Origin: Squalus acanthias
Lineage: Eukaryota
Direction: 5' to 3'
NCBI GenBank assembly: GCA_030390025.1
Contig: JASTWF010000355.1
Location: forward strand, 372,001 to 436,000
DNA length: 64,000 nt
Each line of letters starts with the position of its first letter. Positions within the stretch are counted from its first letter, which is position 1. The notes beneath the pieces are model-generated. The model did no database searches, was not told where the DNA came from, and saw only the letters and a program-made list of their open reading frames with translations. Made by a program: the position numbers and the translations under genes. Positions 48,000-61,305 of this stretch are shown piece after piece.

Positions 48000-48945
48000 A
48001 AATAAATACTTTAATTTATATAGCGCCTGTCACGATCTCAGGACGTCCCAATGCGCTTTAAAGCCGATCAAGTACTTTTGAAGTGTAGTCACTGTTGTAA
48101 TGTAGGAAATGCAGCAGTAAATTCGCACACAGCAAGCTCCCACAAACAGCAATGTGATAATGAACAGATAATCAGTTTGTTAGGTTTTTTTATTCATTCA
48201 CGGGAGTGCGCGTCACTGGCATGGCCGGCGTATATTCCTCATTCCTAATGGCCCATGAGAAGTTTTTGGTGATCAGCCTTATGAACAGCTGGAGTCCGTT
48301 TGGTGAAGGTATTCCCACAGTGCTGACCTTGTCGTAGCAGTTTGGTACAACTGAGTGTCTTGCTAGGCCATTTCAGGGGGCAGTTAAGTGTCAACCACAT
48401 TGCTGTGGATCATTTGTCACATATAGGCCAGACCGGGTAAGGAAGGCAGATTTCCTTGTCTAAAGGACATTATGTAGCAGATGGGTTATTATGACAATCC
48501 TCTAGTTTCATGGTGACCATTACTGATACTCGCTTTTATATTCCCGATTTATTTAATTAACTGAATTGAAACTCCCCAGCTGCCGGGGAGAGATTTGGAC
48601 TCATGGTTCCACATTAATAGTCCAGGCCTCTGGATTACTAGTACAGTAACATAAACACTATGCTACCAATCCCGCGGTGATTGAGGGATACATATTGGCC
48701 AGAACACCGGGGATATCTCCCCTGCTCCTCTTCAATATTATGTAATGGGAACTTTTCCGTCCACCTGAGAGAGCAGACGGAGTCTTGGTTTAACGTCTCA
48801 TCGGAAAGACGGCACCTCGGACAGTGAAGCGCTCCCTTTGTACATCCCGCCTAGATTTATGTGCTCAAGTCTCTGGAGTGGACAGTGAACCCACTACCTC
48901 CTGACTCAGAGGCGAGAGTGCTACCCACTGAGCTACGGCTGACAC
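48000..48945 (-). mobile_element. DeuSINE/SacSINE1-like copy split by a nested SINE
   Basis: 48000-48183 and 48677-48945 rejoin to match 16600-17045. Confidence 0.82.
48184..48676 (-). mobile_element. Second tRNA-derived SINE whose 3' tail matches the LINE at 15010-15790 and 23105-24190
   Basis: 48184-48325 matches 23105-23247 (ggtgaaggtattcccacagtgctg); minus-strand tRNA-like head ggtagcatagtg...agtaatccagagg. Confidence 0.7.
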
Positions 48946-49089
48946 TTACATTGTGTTGAAAATATTAAGGAGGTCCCATATTAATTTGAAAAATAGAATC
49001 TAAATGGGATAGAATAGAAAAGATATCTGGGAGTACAAATACTTCTGTGACGGATTAATCTATGCTTGTATGATCACATAAAATTACCC

Positions 49090-49910
49090 AGAACATGCCG
49101 AAAGAAAGAGGCCACTCGGCCGAACCAGACCATTCCAGTTTATATGCCTTTTCGAGCATCCATCCTCATCGAACTCTATCAGCATAACCCTCTATTCCCT
49201 TCTCCCTCATCTGCTTATCTAGCCTCGCCTTAAATTCATCTATACTATTCACTTCAGCCACTCCCTGTGGCAGCGAGTTCCACATTCTCACCACTCACTG
49301 GGTAAAGTAGCTTCTCTGGATTCCTTATTTGATTTCTTGGTGACTATTTATACATAAGGCCTCTAGTTTTTCTCTTCTCCACAAGTGGAAATACTCTCTG
49401 TATCTACACTATCAAAAACTTTCATAATTTTAAAGACTTCAATTAAGTCACATCTCAATCTTCTCTTTTCAAGAGTCAAGACCAACAGCATGTTCCTCCT
49501 ATCCTGATAGTTATAAGTTCGCATTTCTGGTATCATCATTGTAAATATTTTTTTCCCATCCTTTCCTGTGTCTATATTTTTGTTTTCTAATATGGCAATC
49601 AGAACTATACATAGTAATCCACGTGTGGTTTAACCAATGTTCGATACAAGTTTAGCATAACTGCTTTACATTTCAGTACGATCCCACGGGTAATAAACAC
49701 TAGCACGTGGTTTGCTTTGTATTATTTATTAACCTGTGTCTCTACTTTAAGTGATTTGTGTATTTGAACTCTCTGCTCGCTTTGCTCCACTATCCTATTT
49801 AGATTCTTATTTTCCAAATAATATGTGATCTCCTTATTTTTCTTAACAAAATGCAATACCTCACACTTATCTGTGCTGAAATTTATATGAAAATGATTTA
49901 CACATTTTGC
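49090..49910 (-). mobile_element. Degraded CR1 3' fragment
   Basis: FSTDKCEVLHF; gagttccacattctcaccact. Confidence 0.78.
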
Positions 49911-50062
49911 TAGTTTGAGGTGCTGAATTAGTTTGAGGGGCTGTATTAGTTTGATGAGCTGCATTTGTTTGAGATGCTGAATTAGTTTGAAGGGCTGTAT
50001 TAGATTGAGGGACTGCATTTGTTTGAAGTGCTGTTTTAGATTTATGGGCTGTGTTTCATTGA
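49910..50062. repeat. 18-bp satellite upstream of gene B
   Basis: attagtttgaggtgctg-like units with 18-nt period. Confidence 0.8.
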
Positions 50063-50524
50063 GCAATAAAGATGTACGGGTATTGTTGTGACGTGTTTCT
50101 TTAGAAGAAATACAATAATTATTTCAGATGAAATTGCACAATTTTGTAAGAAAAGGTAGGACTGTTTAATTCTCCAGACCAGAGAATCAAACACTGTAAC
50201 TTAATCTGAAAATGAAATTGGACCAAATAGTCAGACCAAAAGAGAAATGCAGTATAGCAGCCACGAGACAGGAACAAAAAAATTGAAGTTGGATTTTCAA
50301 TTAACACAGTAAGGTGCAGAGCATCACGGAAGCAATGTGAGATCTACTGATGAGCCCCATCTTGATAAAATAAACAACACATTGCAGCGTTAAATGTTAA
50401 AGCAGTCCCGAATATTATCAACATGGTCCAGTCTTTGAGGCTTTCATCACAACAGGGACATAAATCGGTTAACAAATAATTCTTCAAATAACAAGAACTA
50501 ATTTAAACGATGTTTTTACCCTAC

Positions 50525-50640
50525 TGTCCCAGTGGGCAAACTACAGTGTATAAATGGAAGGCTCTGGGAATGTCCTACCTCAGTGATTAATTCAGAGAGA
50601 TTACCTGCAGCACGAAGGGAAAGATAGCTTCACACAGAAA
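50525..50640 (+). promoter_or_regulatory. Putative core promoter and 5' UTR of gene B
   Basis: TCCCAGTGG at 50527 and TATAAAT at 50549, 92 nt before ATG 50641; paralogous to the gene A promoter. Confidence 0.7.
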
Positions 50641-50769
50641 ATGTTGGCAACATTTTACACCATCAGCACCATATACTACATCATTCTTGCAGTCATTGGT
50701 GTTCCAGTTGAGTGACGACATTCAATTGAGCTATGTAAGGCTCTGTGCTTTGGACTAGGATTTTGGCTT

Positions 50770-51505
50770 TTAGTTTGGCGTGCTATATTTGATTGAAGAG
50801 TTGTATTAGATTAGAGCGCTGAATTGGATTGAGGTGCTCATTTACATTGCGGTGCTGTATTAGATTGAAGTGCTGTATTAGATTGAAGTACTGTGTTAGA
50901 TTGAGGTGCTGTTATTAGATTGAAGTGTTGTATTAGGTTGGATTGCTGTATTAGGTTGAAGTGCTTTAGTAGATTGAAGTGCAGAATTAGATTGAAGTGC
51001 TGAATTAGATTGAAGTGCTGTATTAGATTGAAGTGCTGTATTTGATGGAAGTGCTGCATTAGAGTGAAGTGCCGTATTAGATTGAAGTGCTGTATTTGAT
51101 TAAAGTGCTGTATTAGACTGAAGTGCTGTGTTAGATTGAAGTGCTGAATTAGATTGAAGCGCTGCAATAGATTGAAGCGTTGTATTAGATTGAAGAGTTG
51201 AATTAGACTGAAGTGCTGTATTAGATTGAAGTTTTGTATTAGATTGAAGTGCTGTCTTAGATTGAAGTTTTGTATTAGATTGAAGTGCTGTATTGGATTG
51301 AAGAGCTGTATTAGATTGACGTGTTGGTTTAGTTTGAAGTGTTGTATTAGATTAAAATGTTGTATTAGATTGAAGTATTGTATTAGATTGAAGTGCTGTA
51401 TTAGATTGAAGTGCTTTATTAGAGTGAAGTACTGTATTAGATTCAAGGGCTGTTTTAGATTGAAGTGCTGTGTTAGAATGGAGTCCTCTATTAGATTGAA
51501 TTGAT
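50770..51505. repeat. 18-bp satellite gtattagattgaagtgct, about 40 copies, at the start of the gene B intron
   Basis: Direct 18-nt periodicity (6-aa LIQHFN repeat in the ORF track). Confidence 0.95.
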
Positions 51506-52238
51506 TCAATAGTTGTGCAGATACAGAATTTATCTATTTTGAAAGACAAACATTCTTCAATTTGAAGTATTTTGTAATGAATTGTCCCCTAACTAATCCA
51601 TTGAAATACAATGTCAATTTACTACTCTGTCGCAACTGCGGTGATCTCTCTCTCCCTCTTTGTCTCTCTCTCTCTCTTTCTGTGATTACTGGAGCTCATA
51701 TTATTTAATCTCATGCTCTGTTGTAGCGTGAATGTTATCGTTTAATGTATGTGGTAGAGTGAAAATTGAAATGCTATGATATAGGGCTGTTCCCTATTAC
51801 ACCGTGTCACCTTAAAGAGACAGATAGACAAACTAGTGATCATCGTGTTTACCACTCGTACATGTATTCACATACACTGTCCCACGATAAACAGACAGCT
51901 ATTCCGACAGGTAATAATACAACTCGCATATTATTCACCTGCATTGATTCGCCATTAACACATTGAAATATTGACAGTTAACAATCAGGTGTACCAATGA
52001 TACATTATTCACATACTCTGCGATCAAAAAATGTTGGTCTATGAATAGATCATTTGAACAATTAAACTTTCGTTGTTTCCTCCAATTAAATATTGGGAAT
52101 ATCGAAGCCTTTGTTTCCGACCCCGCCAGAAATCCGTTCCCTAGCCATCGGCTACATCCCTGCCTGAGGCTGAACCAGACTCTTCACAAATTGGGTTCCA
52201 CATTTGACACTTAAATGAGGTTCCGACCACATATCCGC

Positions 52239-54956
52239 GGGTATAGATGTTTCAGTAAGAGTAGGGAAGGTGGTAAGAAAGTTGGAGGAGTAGCATTGTT
52301 AATCAAGGATAGTTTAACAGCGGCAGAAAGACAGTTTGAGGGGGATCTGCCGTCTGAGGTAATATGGGCTTAAGTTAGAAATAGGAAAGGAGCGGTCACG
52401 TTTTTAGGAGTTTTCTACAGGCCCCCAAATAGTAATAGAGATGTGGAGGAAGAAATTGCAAAGCAGATTATGAATAGGTGTGGAGGTCACAGAGTAGTTG
52501 TCATGGGTGACTTCAACTTTCCAAATATTGATTGGAACCTTTAGAGGTCAAACATTTCGGATGGGGTAGTTTTTGCACAGTGTGTGCAGGAGGGTTTCCT
52601 GACACAATATGTGGATAGGCCGACAAGAGGTGGGGCCACATTGCATTTGGTACTGGGTAATGAACCGGACCAAGTGTTTGATTTGTATGTGGGAGAGCAC
52701 TTTGGAGATAGTGACAACAATTCGGTGACTTTCACTATTGCAATGGAGAGGGATAGGGCCATACGGCAGGGCAGGGTTTATAATTGGGGGAGAGGTAATT
52801 ATAATGCGATTAGGCAAGAATTAGGGAGCATAAGATGGGAACAGAAACTATCAGGGAAAGGCACAAACGAAAAGTGGAGCTTTTTCATGGAGCAATTACT
52901 GCGTGTCCTTGATAGGTATGTCCCTGTCAGGCAGGGAGGAAATGGCCGAGTGAGAGAACCATGGTTCACAAAAGAGTTTGAAAGTCTAGTCAAGAGGGAA
53001 AAGGAAGCGGATGTAAGGATGAGAAAACAAGGTTCAGTTGGGTCGATTGAGGGCTACAACGTAGCAAGGAATGAGCTAAAAAAAGAGCTTAGGAGAGCTA
53101 GGAGGGGACATGAGAAGTCCTTGGCGGGTCGGATCAAGGAAAACCCCAAGGCTTTTTACTCTTATGTGCGAAATAAAAGAATGACCAGGGTGAGGGTAGG
53201 GCCGGTCAAGGACAGTAGTGGGAACTTGTGCATGGAGTCAGAAGACATAGGAGAGGTGATGAATGAATACTTTTCGTCAGTGTTCACCGAGGAGAGGGGC
53301 CATGTTTTTTTGGATGAGAGTATGATAAAGGTGGATAGGCTGGAGGAGGTAGATGTTCTGAGGAAAGATGTTTTAGCAATTTTGAAGAACCTGAGGGTCG
53401 ATTAGTCCCCTGGGCCAGATGGGATATATCCTAGGATTCTTTGGGAGGCAAGCGAGCATTTGGCTTTTATCTTTGGGTCCTCACTGTCTACGGGGATGGT
53501 GCCAGAGGACCGGAGAGTGGCGAATGTTGTTCCTCTCTTCAAGAAAGGAAATAGGAATGACCCTTGTAATTATAGGCCGGTTAGTCTTACTTCGGTGGTT
53601 GGTAAGATAATGGAAAAGGTCCTGAGGGATAGGATTTATGAACATTTGGAAAGATGCAACTTAATCCGGGATAGTCAACACGGATTCGTGAAGGGTAAGT
53701 CTTGCCTAACAAATTTGATTGCATTCTTTGAGGAGGTAACTAAGTGTGTAGATGAAGGTAGAGCAGTTGATGTCGTATACATGGATTTTAGTAAGGCGTT
53801 TGATAAGGTTCCCCATGGTCGGCTCATGAAGAAAGTAAGGAGTTGTGGGATAGAAGGAAATTTGGCCGATTGGATAAGTAACTGGCTATCTCATAGAAGG
53901 CAGAGGGGGGTGGTGGATGGAAAATTTTCGGACTGGAGACCAGTTACCAGCGGTGTGCCACAGGGGTCGGTGCTGGGTCCTCTGCTGTTTGTAATTTTTA
54001 TCAATGACTTGGAGGAGGGGACGGAAGGGTGGATCAGTAAATTTGCTGATGACACCAAGATTGGTGAAGTAGTGGATGAGGTGGAGGGCTGTTGTAGGTT
54101 GCAAAGAGACATTGATAGGATGAAGAGCTGGGCCGAGAAATGGCAGATGGAATTTAACCCTGATAAGTGCGAGGTGATTTATTTTGGTAGGGCTAATTTG
54201 AATAAGGATTACAGGGTCAACGGCAGGGTTCTGAGGAACTTGGAGGAACAGAGGGATCTGGGGGTTCATATCCATAGATCTCTGAAGGTTGCCACTCAAG
54301 TGGATAGAGCAGTAAAGAAGGCCTATGGTGTGTTGGCGTTTATTAACAGAGGGTTTGAGTTTAAGAACCGTGAGGTTATGCTGCAACTGTACAGGACTTT
54401 GGTGAGACCACATTTGGAATATTGTGTGCAGTTCTGGTCACCTCACTATAGGAAGTACGTGGAAGCATTTGAAAGAGTGCAAAGGAGATTTACCAGGATG
54501 CTGCCTGGTTTGGGGGGGAGGTCTTATAAGGAAAGATTGAGGGAGCTAGGGCTTTTCTCTTTAGAGCGGAGGAGGATGAGAGGCGACTTAATAGAGGTTT
54601 AAAAGATGATGAGGGGGATAGATAGAGTGGATGTTCAGAGACTATTTCCTCGGGTGGATGTAGCTGTTACAAGGGGGCATAACTATAAGGTGCATGGGGG
54701 GAGATATAGAAGGGATGTCCGAGGTAGATTCTTTACTCAGAGAGTGGTTGGGGTGTGGAATGGAATGCCTGCTGTGATAGTGGAGTCGGACACTTTAGGA
54801 ACTTTCAAGCGGTTATTGGATAAGCACACGGAGCACACCAGAATGATAGGGAGTGGGATAGCTTATCTTGGTTTCGGACAATGCTCGGCTGAACATCGAG
54901 GGCCGAAGGGCCTGTACTGTGCTGTACTGTTCTATGTTCTATGTTCTATGTTCTAT
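52239..54956 (+). mobile_element. 5'-truncated, relatively young CR1 (partial APE, RT ORF 53460-54602, (GTTCTAT)n tail)
   Basis: NYRPVSLTS, YMDFSKAFDKVPH, GVPQGSVLGP and KFADDTK; a few stops and frameshifts. Confidence 0.95.
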
Positions 54957-55310
54957 AACTACGACCGCTTATTCCCACGTCCGTAACATTACCCGTCTCT
55001 GCCACTGTCTCAGCTCACCTGCTGCTGAAACCCTCATTCATGCCATTGTTACCTCTAGACTTGACTATTCCAAAGCACTCCTGGCTGGCCTCCCACGATC
55101 TACCCTACGTAAACTTGAGGTAATCCAAAACTCGGCCGCCCGTGTCCTAACTCGCAACAATTCCCGTTCACCCATCAGCCTGTGCTCGCTGACCTACATT
55201 CGACCCGGTTAAGCAACGCCTCGATTTCAAACTTCTTATACTTGTTTTCAAATCTCTCCATTGCCTCGTCCCTCCCTATCTCTGTAATCTCCTCCAGCCC
55301 CACAATCACA

Positions 55311-57365
55311 CAGGAGGACAACTAAACAATGAGTAGGCCCTATTAGAGACCTAAACGAATGTTTGTGTGTGGAGGTGGAAGACGTGGGTATGGTTCTTAA
55401 TGAATACTTTGCGACTCTCTGCACAAAAGAGAGGGACAATGGAGACATTGTAGATAACGAGAAGGAGTGTGACATATTACATGAAATAAACATAGCGAGA
55501 GAGGAAATTTAAGGGGTTTAGCATCTTTCAAAGTCGATAAATCGACAGGACGAGAACAAATGTATCCTCGGCTGTTAAGAGACGCAACGGAGGAAATAGC
55601 AGAAAATCCGACCATCATTTTGTGATCCTCTCTTGCTTCAAGTGTGGTGCCGCAGGACTGGAGGATGCTAACGTTGTACCATTGCTAAAAAGGGAGAAAT
55701 GGATAGACAGAGAAATTACAGACCAGTCAGCCAACCTCAGCGATGTGCAAATTGTTGGAAAGAATTTTGAGCGAAAAATATTAATCGTCATTTAGAAAGG
55801 CACGGATTAACCTAGGGGATTTAGCATGGATTTGTTAAGGGAAGGTCGTGTGTGACGAACTCGATTGACATTTTTGAGGAGTTAACATGCAGGGTTGAGA
55901 AGGGTAGTAAGTTTGATGTAGTCTACATGGATTTTAGCAAGGCTTTTGACAAGGTCCCACACGGCAGATTGGTCAGAAATGTAAAAGCCCATCGGATCCA
56001 AGGGAAAGTAGCAAGGTGGATCCAAAATTGTCCCAGTGACAGGAATAAAAACAACAGTAACGTGTATTTATATAACACCTTTAACAGAGTAAAATATCCC
56101 AAGGCGCAGATTGGAAGTATTATTGCACAACACAAATTCACACCGAGCCACATAAGGAGAGATTAGGGCAGATGACCAAAAGCTACGTCAAACAGGTAGG
56201 TTTGAAGGAGCGTCTTAAAGGAGGAAAGTGAGGTAGAAAGGCGGCGTGGTTTACTGAGGGGATTACAGAGCTCAGGGCCCAGGCAACAGAAGGGACGGAC
56301 ACCAATGGTCGAGCAAAGGGTAATGGTCGACGGATGTTTTTGCGACTGGAAAACTGTTTCCAGTTGGGTTCCACAAGGCTCAGTACTTGGCTCGTTCCTT
56401 TTTCTGGTGTAAATCAATAACTTAGATTTCAATGTCGTGGCATGATTAAGGTGTTTGCAAATGATAACAAAATGGCGGCGTTACTGAGACTGAGGAAGAA
56501 AGCTGTGGACTACAGGAAGACATCAATGGACTGTTCAGGTGGGTAGTAAAGGGACAAATGGAATTTAATCCGGAGAAGTTTGAGGTAATGCATTTGGGGA
56601 GTGCACAATAAATGGAAGGATACTGAGAAGTGCAGACGAACGGAGTGACCTTGGAGTGCATGTCCACAGATCCCTGCATGGAGCAGGACAGGTAGATAAT
56701 GTGTTTAAGAAGGCAGATGGGATACTTTCCTCTATTAGCTGAGGCATAGAATATAAGAGCAGGGAGGGTATGCATGAAATGAATAACACACTCGTTAGGC
56801 CACAGCCATAATACTGTGTACAGTTCTGGTCACCAGATTACAGGAAAGATGTGATTGCACTGGAGAAGGTAAAGAGGAGATTTACGAGGATTTTGCCAGT
56901 ATTGGAGAATTTTAGGTATGAGGAATGATTGGATAGGCTGGGGTTGTTTTCTTTGGAACAGAGGAGGCTGAGAGGAGACTGAATTGAGGTGTATAAAATA
57001 ATGATTGACGTGGATAGATTCCATAAGGAGGATATATTACCGCTAGCTGAGAGGTCAATAACCAGGGGGCATAGAATTATTGTAATTGGTGGAAGGATTA
57101 GGGGAGAGCTGAGGAGAACTTTTTGCACCCAAAAGGTGGTGGGGGCCTGGCACTCACTGCCTGAAAGGCTGGTAGAGGCAGAGCTCCTTATCACATTTTT
57201 AAAAAGTACTTGGATATGCACTTGAAGTGCTGTAACCTACAAGCTCAGGATCAACAGCTGGGAAGTGGGATGTGACTGATTAGCTCTTTTTCGGCCGACG
57301 CAGACACGGTGGGTCGAATGACATTCTAATATGCCGTAAATTTCTATGATTCTGCGATTCTGTGT
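55311..57365 (+). mobile_element. Older CR1 fragment, itself split by a minus-strand L2-type tail (56045-56312)
   Basis: YMDFSKAFDKVPHGRL up to 56045, resuming caaagggtaatggtcgacgg at 56313; (ttctatga)-like tail at ~57340. Confidence 0.87.
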
Positions 57366-58094
57366 GATATCTGCGCTCCTCTAATTCTGGCCTCGTGAGC
57401 ATCCCTGATTTTAATCGCTCAACCTTTGGTGGCCGTGCCTTCAGCTGCCTCGGCCTTTGGCTCTGCAAATCCCTCCCTAAACCTCTCCGTCTCTTTATCT
57501 CTCTTTCCTCCTTTAAGTTCCTCCTTAAAACCTAACTATTTGAACAAACTTTTGATCACCTGCCCTAATTTCTCCTTATGTGGCTCGGTGTCAAATGTTG
57601 ATTTATAACAATCCTGTGAAGCGCCTTGGGATGTATTACTAAGTTAATTACAAGTTGTTGTTCTTGTCCCTCTGTTATTCCTCAATTTACAGGCCATGAA
57701 CATGCATTTTAAGGTCTGATTATTCTACAGAGGAACTATATTTCGTGCCTCTTCCACTATAGTAACTTTTCCTGGTTTGTATAAAGAAATCCGGCCCAGA
57801 ATTCGGAGGTGATATTTTTTGCATTCAACACTTACACTATAGAAAATTGTCTTCTTCAATGAATAGGTTCTTTGAATAGATGCTTTATACCAATGAACTG
57901 ATGAGTGTGCTTATTGTTTTAATGTTTTTTTCCAATTATTAGTGTATTCCGTTCTTCTCTTCTCAGATCTCGATCGCCACTCTTGGCTCTGAAATCTCAT
58001 TCACTGGTTAATTCTGCCCCGAATCTCCCAGAACAGCTGAGTCTTACTATGCGGACTCTGCACAGCTCCTGATGTCCAATTATATTGCGTTCCA

Positions 58095-58355
58095 TAGGCA
58101 AAATACTGCGGATGCTGGAAATCTGAAATATAAACGGAAAACCCTGGAAACAATCCACAGATCACATAGAACCTGTAGAGAGAGAAACAGATTTAACGTT
58201 TCATGTCAGCGACCTTTCGTTAGAAGTGGAAAAAGTTAGTGTTGTGGCAGGTTTTAAGCAGATATAGAGGCAGGGAAAGGGGAGGAGGGGAGGAAAGAAC
58301 AAATGGGGAGGTCTGTGACGGGATGGAACGCAGGAGTGATTAAATGATAAAAGGG
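58095..58355 (-). mobile_element. Degraded Penelope-like pseudo-LTR fragment
   Basis: gcaaaatactgcggatgctggaaatctgaaata...tttaacgttttca...gacctttcgttagaa. Confidence 0.75.
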
Positions 58356-58357
58356 AT

Positions 58358-61000
58358 GATGAGGCGTAGAAGTTTAGGGGTGAATTCCAGAGCTTAGGAC
58401 CAAGGCAACATAATAGCCAGCCTCCATTGGTGGATCGATTAAAATCGAGAATGCACAAGAGACCAGAATTGAACAAGCGAAAATATCTCGGAGGCTATTA
58501 GGATTGGAGGAGGTTACATAGATTGGGAGGGGCGTGGCCATTGAGGTATTTGAAAACAGGGATGAGTATTGTATAATTGAGGCCTTGTCGGCCCGGAAGA
58601 CAGTGAAGGCCAGCGAGCACAGGGTTGATGGTTGAATGCGATTCAGAATGAGTTAAGTTACCGGCAGCAGCGTTTTGGATGAGCACATGTTTATGTATTG
58701 TAGAATGTGGGATTCCAGACAGGAGAGCATTGGAATAGTCAAATCTAGCGGCAACAAGGACAAGGATGAATGTTCAGCAGCAGATGATCTGAGGCAGGAC
58801 ATGAGTCGAGCGATGTTACGGAGGTGGAAGTAGGCTCTCTTGGCAATGGTGCAGATATGTGGTCAGAAACTCATCTCAACACAATGCAAGGTGTCGAACT
58901 GTTTGGATTAGCCATAGAAAGTTGCCAGGGATGGAAATATTGGTCAGTGTACGGAGCTTGTGCCGCCGACCAAGAGCTTCAGTCTTCCCAATATTTAGTT
59001 GGAGAAAATTGCTGCTCATCCAATACTGGATGTCGGGCAAGAAGTGGGGCGATTCAGAGAGAGTGGAGGGGTCGAGAGAGGTGGTGGTGAGGTGGAGCTG
59101 AGTGTCGTCAACATAAGTATGGTACCTGATGTTGTGTTTTCAGATGATATCGTCGATAGGTAGCATGTCGGTGAGAAAGAGAAGTGGGCCAAGTATAGAT
59201 GCTTGCGGGACTCCAGAGGTAACAGCGTGGGATTGGGTAGAGAAGCCATTGCAGGTGATTCTCTGGCTACGATTAGATAGTTAAGAATTAATCAAGGTGG
59301 GGAAGTTCAATCCAGCTGGACGACGGAGGGAAGGCATTGGAGGAGGATGATGGAGTCAACTGTGCCGAAGGCTGCAGATAGGTCGAGAGTAATGCGGAGC
59401 GATTGTTTATCAAGGCTACCGTCACAGAATTTGATAAGGGCTATTCCAGTGGCCAAGTTAGAAACCAGTTTGGAAGGGATTCAAACATGGATTACGGGAA
59501 AGATGGGCAGGGATTTGGGAAGTGAAGAAACGTTCAATTTCATTGAAGGGGAAAGGGAGGTTGGAGATGGTGCGGTAGTTTGCAATGTCAGAGGGATCAA
59601 CGTAGGTTTTTTGAGGAGAGGGCTAATGACAGCAGATATGAAGGCGGTGAGAGCGCCTAAGGAGAGGGAATCGTTACAAATATCAGCGAACATGGGACCC
59701 CGGAAGGGAAGTTCACTCATCAACATTTTTTTCGGAATAGGATCGAGGGAGCAGAAGTTGGGTCTCTGGAACAAGATGAGGTCGGAAGGAGCTTTGCAGG
59801 AGATGGGATTGAATCATGAGAAAACGTGGGTTCAATACTAGGGCAGTGGGGAAAACGTGGGGAAGTTTGTCCCGATGGGCTAGAGGAAAGGAGGGAAGCA
59901 GCAGAGTCAATTGAACGGATGGTACCGGTCTTTGAACAAAAAGTCCATGAGCTCCTCGGACATATTGTCGGAGGTGCTGGTGGAGGATCTGAAGGAGGGT
60001 GGTTTAAGAAGACAGGTTGAGGTGGAGAAGAGAAGCTGTGGATTATCTTTGCATTCCTGGATGATCTTTGGAAAGTGAGCATCTTTAGTGATGAAGAGTA
60101 TAACCCGATAACGCTTTAAGTGGTCCAGCCAGATCTGGTGATGGATAGTTAAACCAATTGTTCACCAAAGATGTTCAAATCTGCATCTCTTGGACTTATG
60201 GGAGGAGAGGGGTATACAAGGGGGAACGATTACGTTAAGATAAATCTTAGTTCTAATGCGGTCAAGTGCATTTTAATGGTGAGGGTGTGATTTAGTAAAT
60301 CGGTAGCTGCAGAAATGTCCTGATGAATGTTAGGCCAAAGGCTAGATAATTGGGAATGTGAAAGTGTAATGTTAATTTACTTGATGGAGATATTATTTTC
60401 CTGAGACAGACACAGAAAGAAGTTTGATTGGGAGGGAATATTGTTAAAGAGCGATACAAGGAAATGATCAGAGATTGCCTTAATAGTGATACTAACTATG
60501 GGAGTAGCGAGGCCATGTGATATGAGAAGATCGTGGGTGTGGCCGTGCAGGCGAGTAGGAGAGTTTATCTGTAGGGAGAGGTTTAGGGAGGAAAGGAGGG
60601 CAGTAAACTCAGAGGAGAGAGAGCAAGAAGAGTTGAGATGAAAGTTGAAATCACTGTGGATCAGAAGAAGCCCAGTACAGAGGCTGAGGGAGAAAAGCAG
60701 AGAAGTAGCTCTGAGGAGAAAAAGTTACCAGAGGAGTCGAGAGACACAAAAATGTGTAACTTAGAGATAAGGGCAATAGCACCACCGCGACGGTTTCAGC
60801 GGGGCAAGCAGTAACAATTATAGGCAGGCGGAGAAGTTTCATTAAGGGGAAAGATGTCCTCACCCCTCAGCCAATATTTCTGTCAAGCTCATGATGTCAA
60901 TGTGCTCGTCCACGTTCAGCTCGTGGATGGCAAGGGCTTTATTCACAAGTGAACGCATATTCTGGAGGGAGATGGGGAGAGGGGCGATGATAGCCGATTG
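58358..61000 (-). mobile_element. Long degraded L2 LINE (APE start to near the 3' end)
   Basis: LQNMRSLVNKALAIHEL...IMSLTE (APE); CSLDPIP...FADICNDSL; LIQNAAA. Confidence 0.87.
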
Positions 61001-61189
61001 ATAGGCAGAGTCCACAGGGTCAGATTTGAGTTGGAAGAGAGGAACGGGAATGAGATTGGCAAGATTAGCCCGAGGCAAGTGCACACAGCGGAATGGCATG
61101 GAGAGAATTGGATGGGACAATTGGGTTTTCTGCTCGTTATGACCGATAAATAAATCGTTTGTTTGGTCTCCCCAGTGCAGGGGCGAACT

Positions 61190-61305
61190 TTATTCAGTTC
61201 GGAGGAAAGACAAACGACCTGAAACGTTAACTTTATTTCTCTCTCCACAGATTTTGAGATGTTGCCTGACCTGTTTATTAGTTCCAGTATATTCTGTCTT
61301 TCTCT
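61190..61305 (+). mobile_element. Degraded Penelope-like pseudo-LTR / hammerhead remnant
   Basis: cagttcggagga...gacctgaaacgttaact; the CUGANGA core is mutated. Confidence 0.65.

Larger units (their letters stand above)
52070..57660 (+). mobile_element. L2 3' fragment split by two CR1 insertions (pieces ~52070-52238, 54957-55310, 57366-57660)
   Basis: The pieces are collinear with the L2 at 35240-36070 (ccgaccacatatccgc / ...ccgtaacat, AAETLIHAIVTSRLDYS / ctctaattctggcc...tail). Confidence 0.85.

Noticed and set aside
50838..51509. 223-aa LIQHFN-repeat protein (also ORFs 24245-24663 and 49722-50066)
   Set aside because: Open frame created by an 18-bp satellite; no other sign of a gene.
53460..54602. 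Active autonomous reverse transcriptase gene or prokaryotic RT system
   Set aside because: 5'-truncated CR1 with stops and frameshifts on both sides of this ORF.
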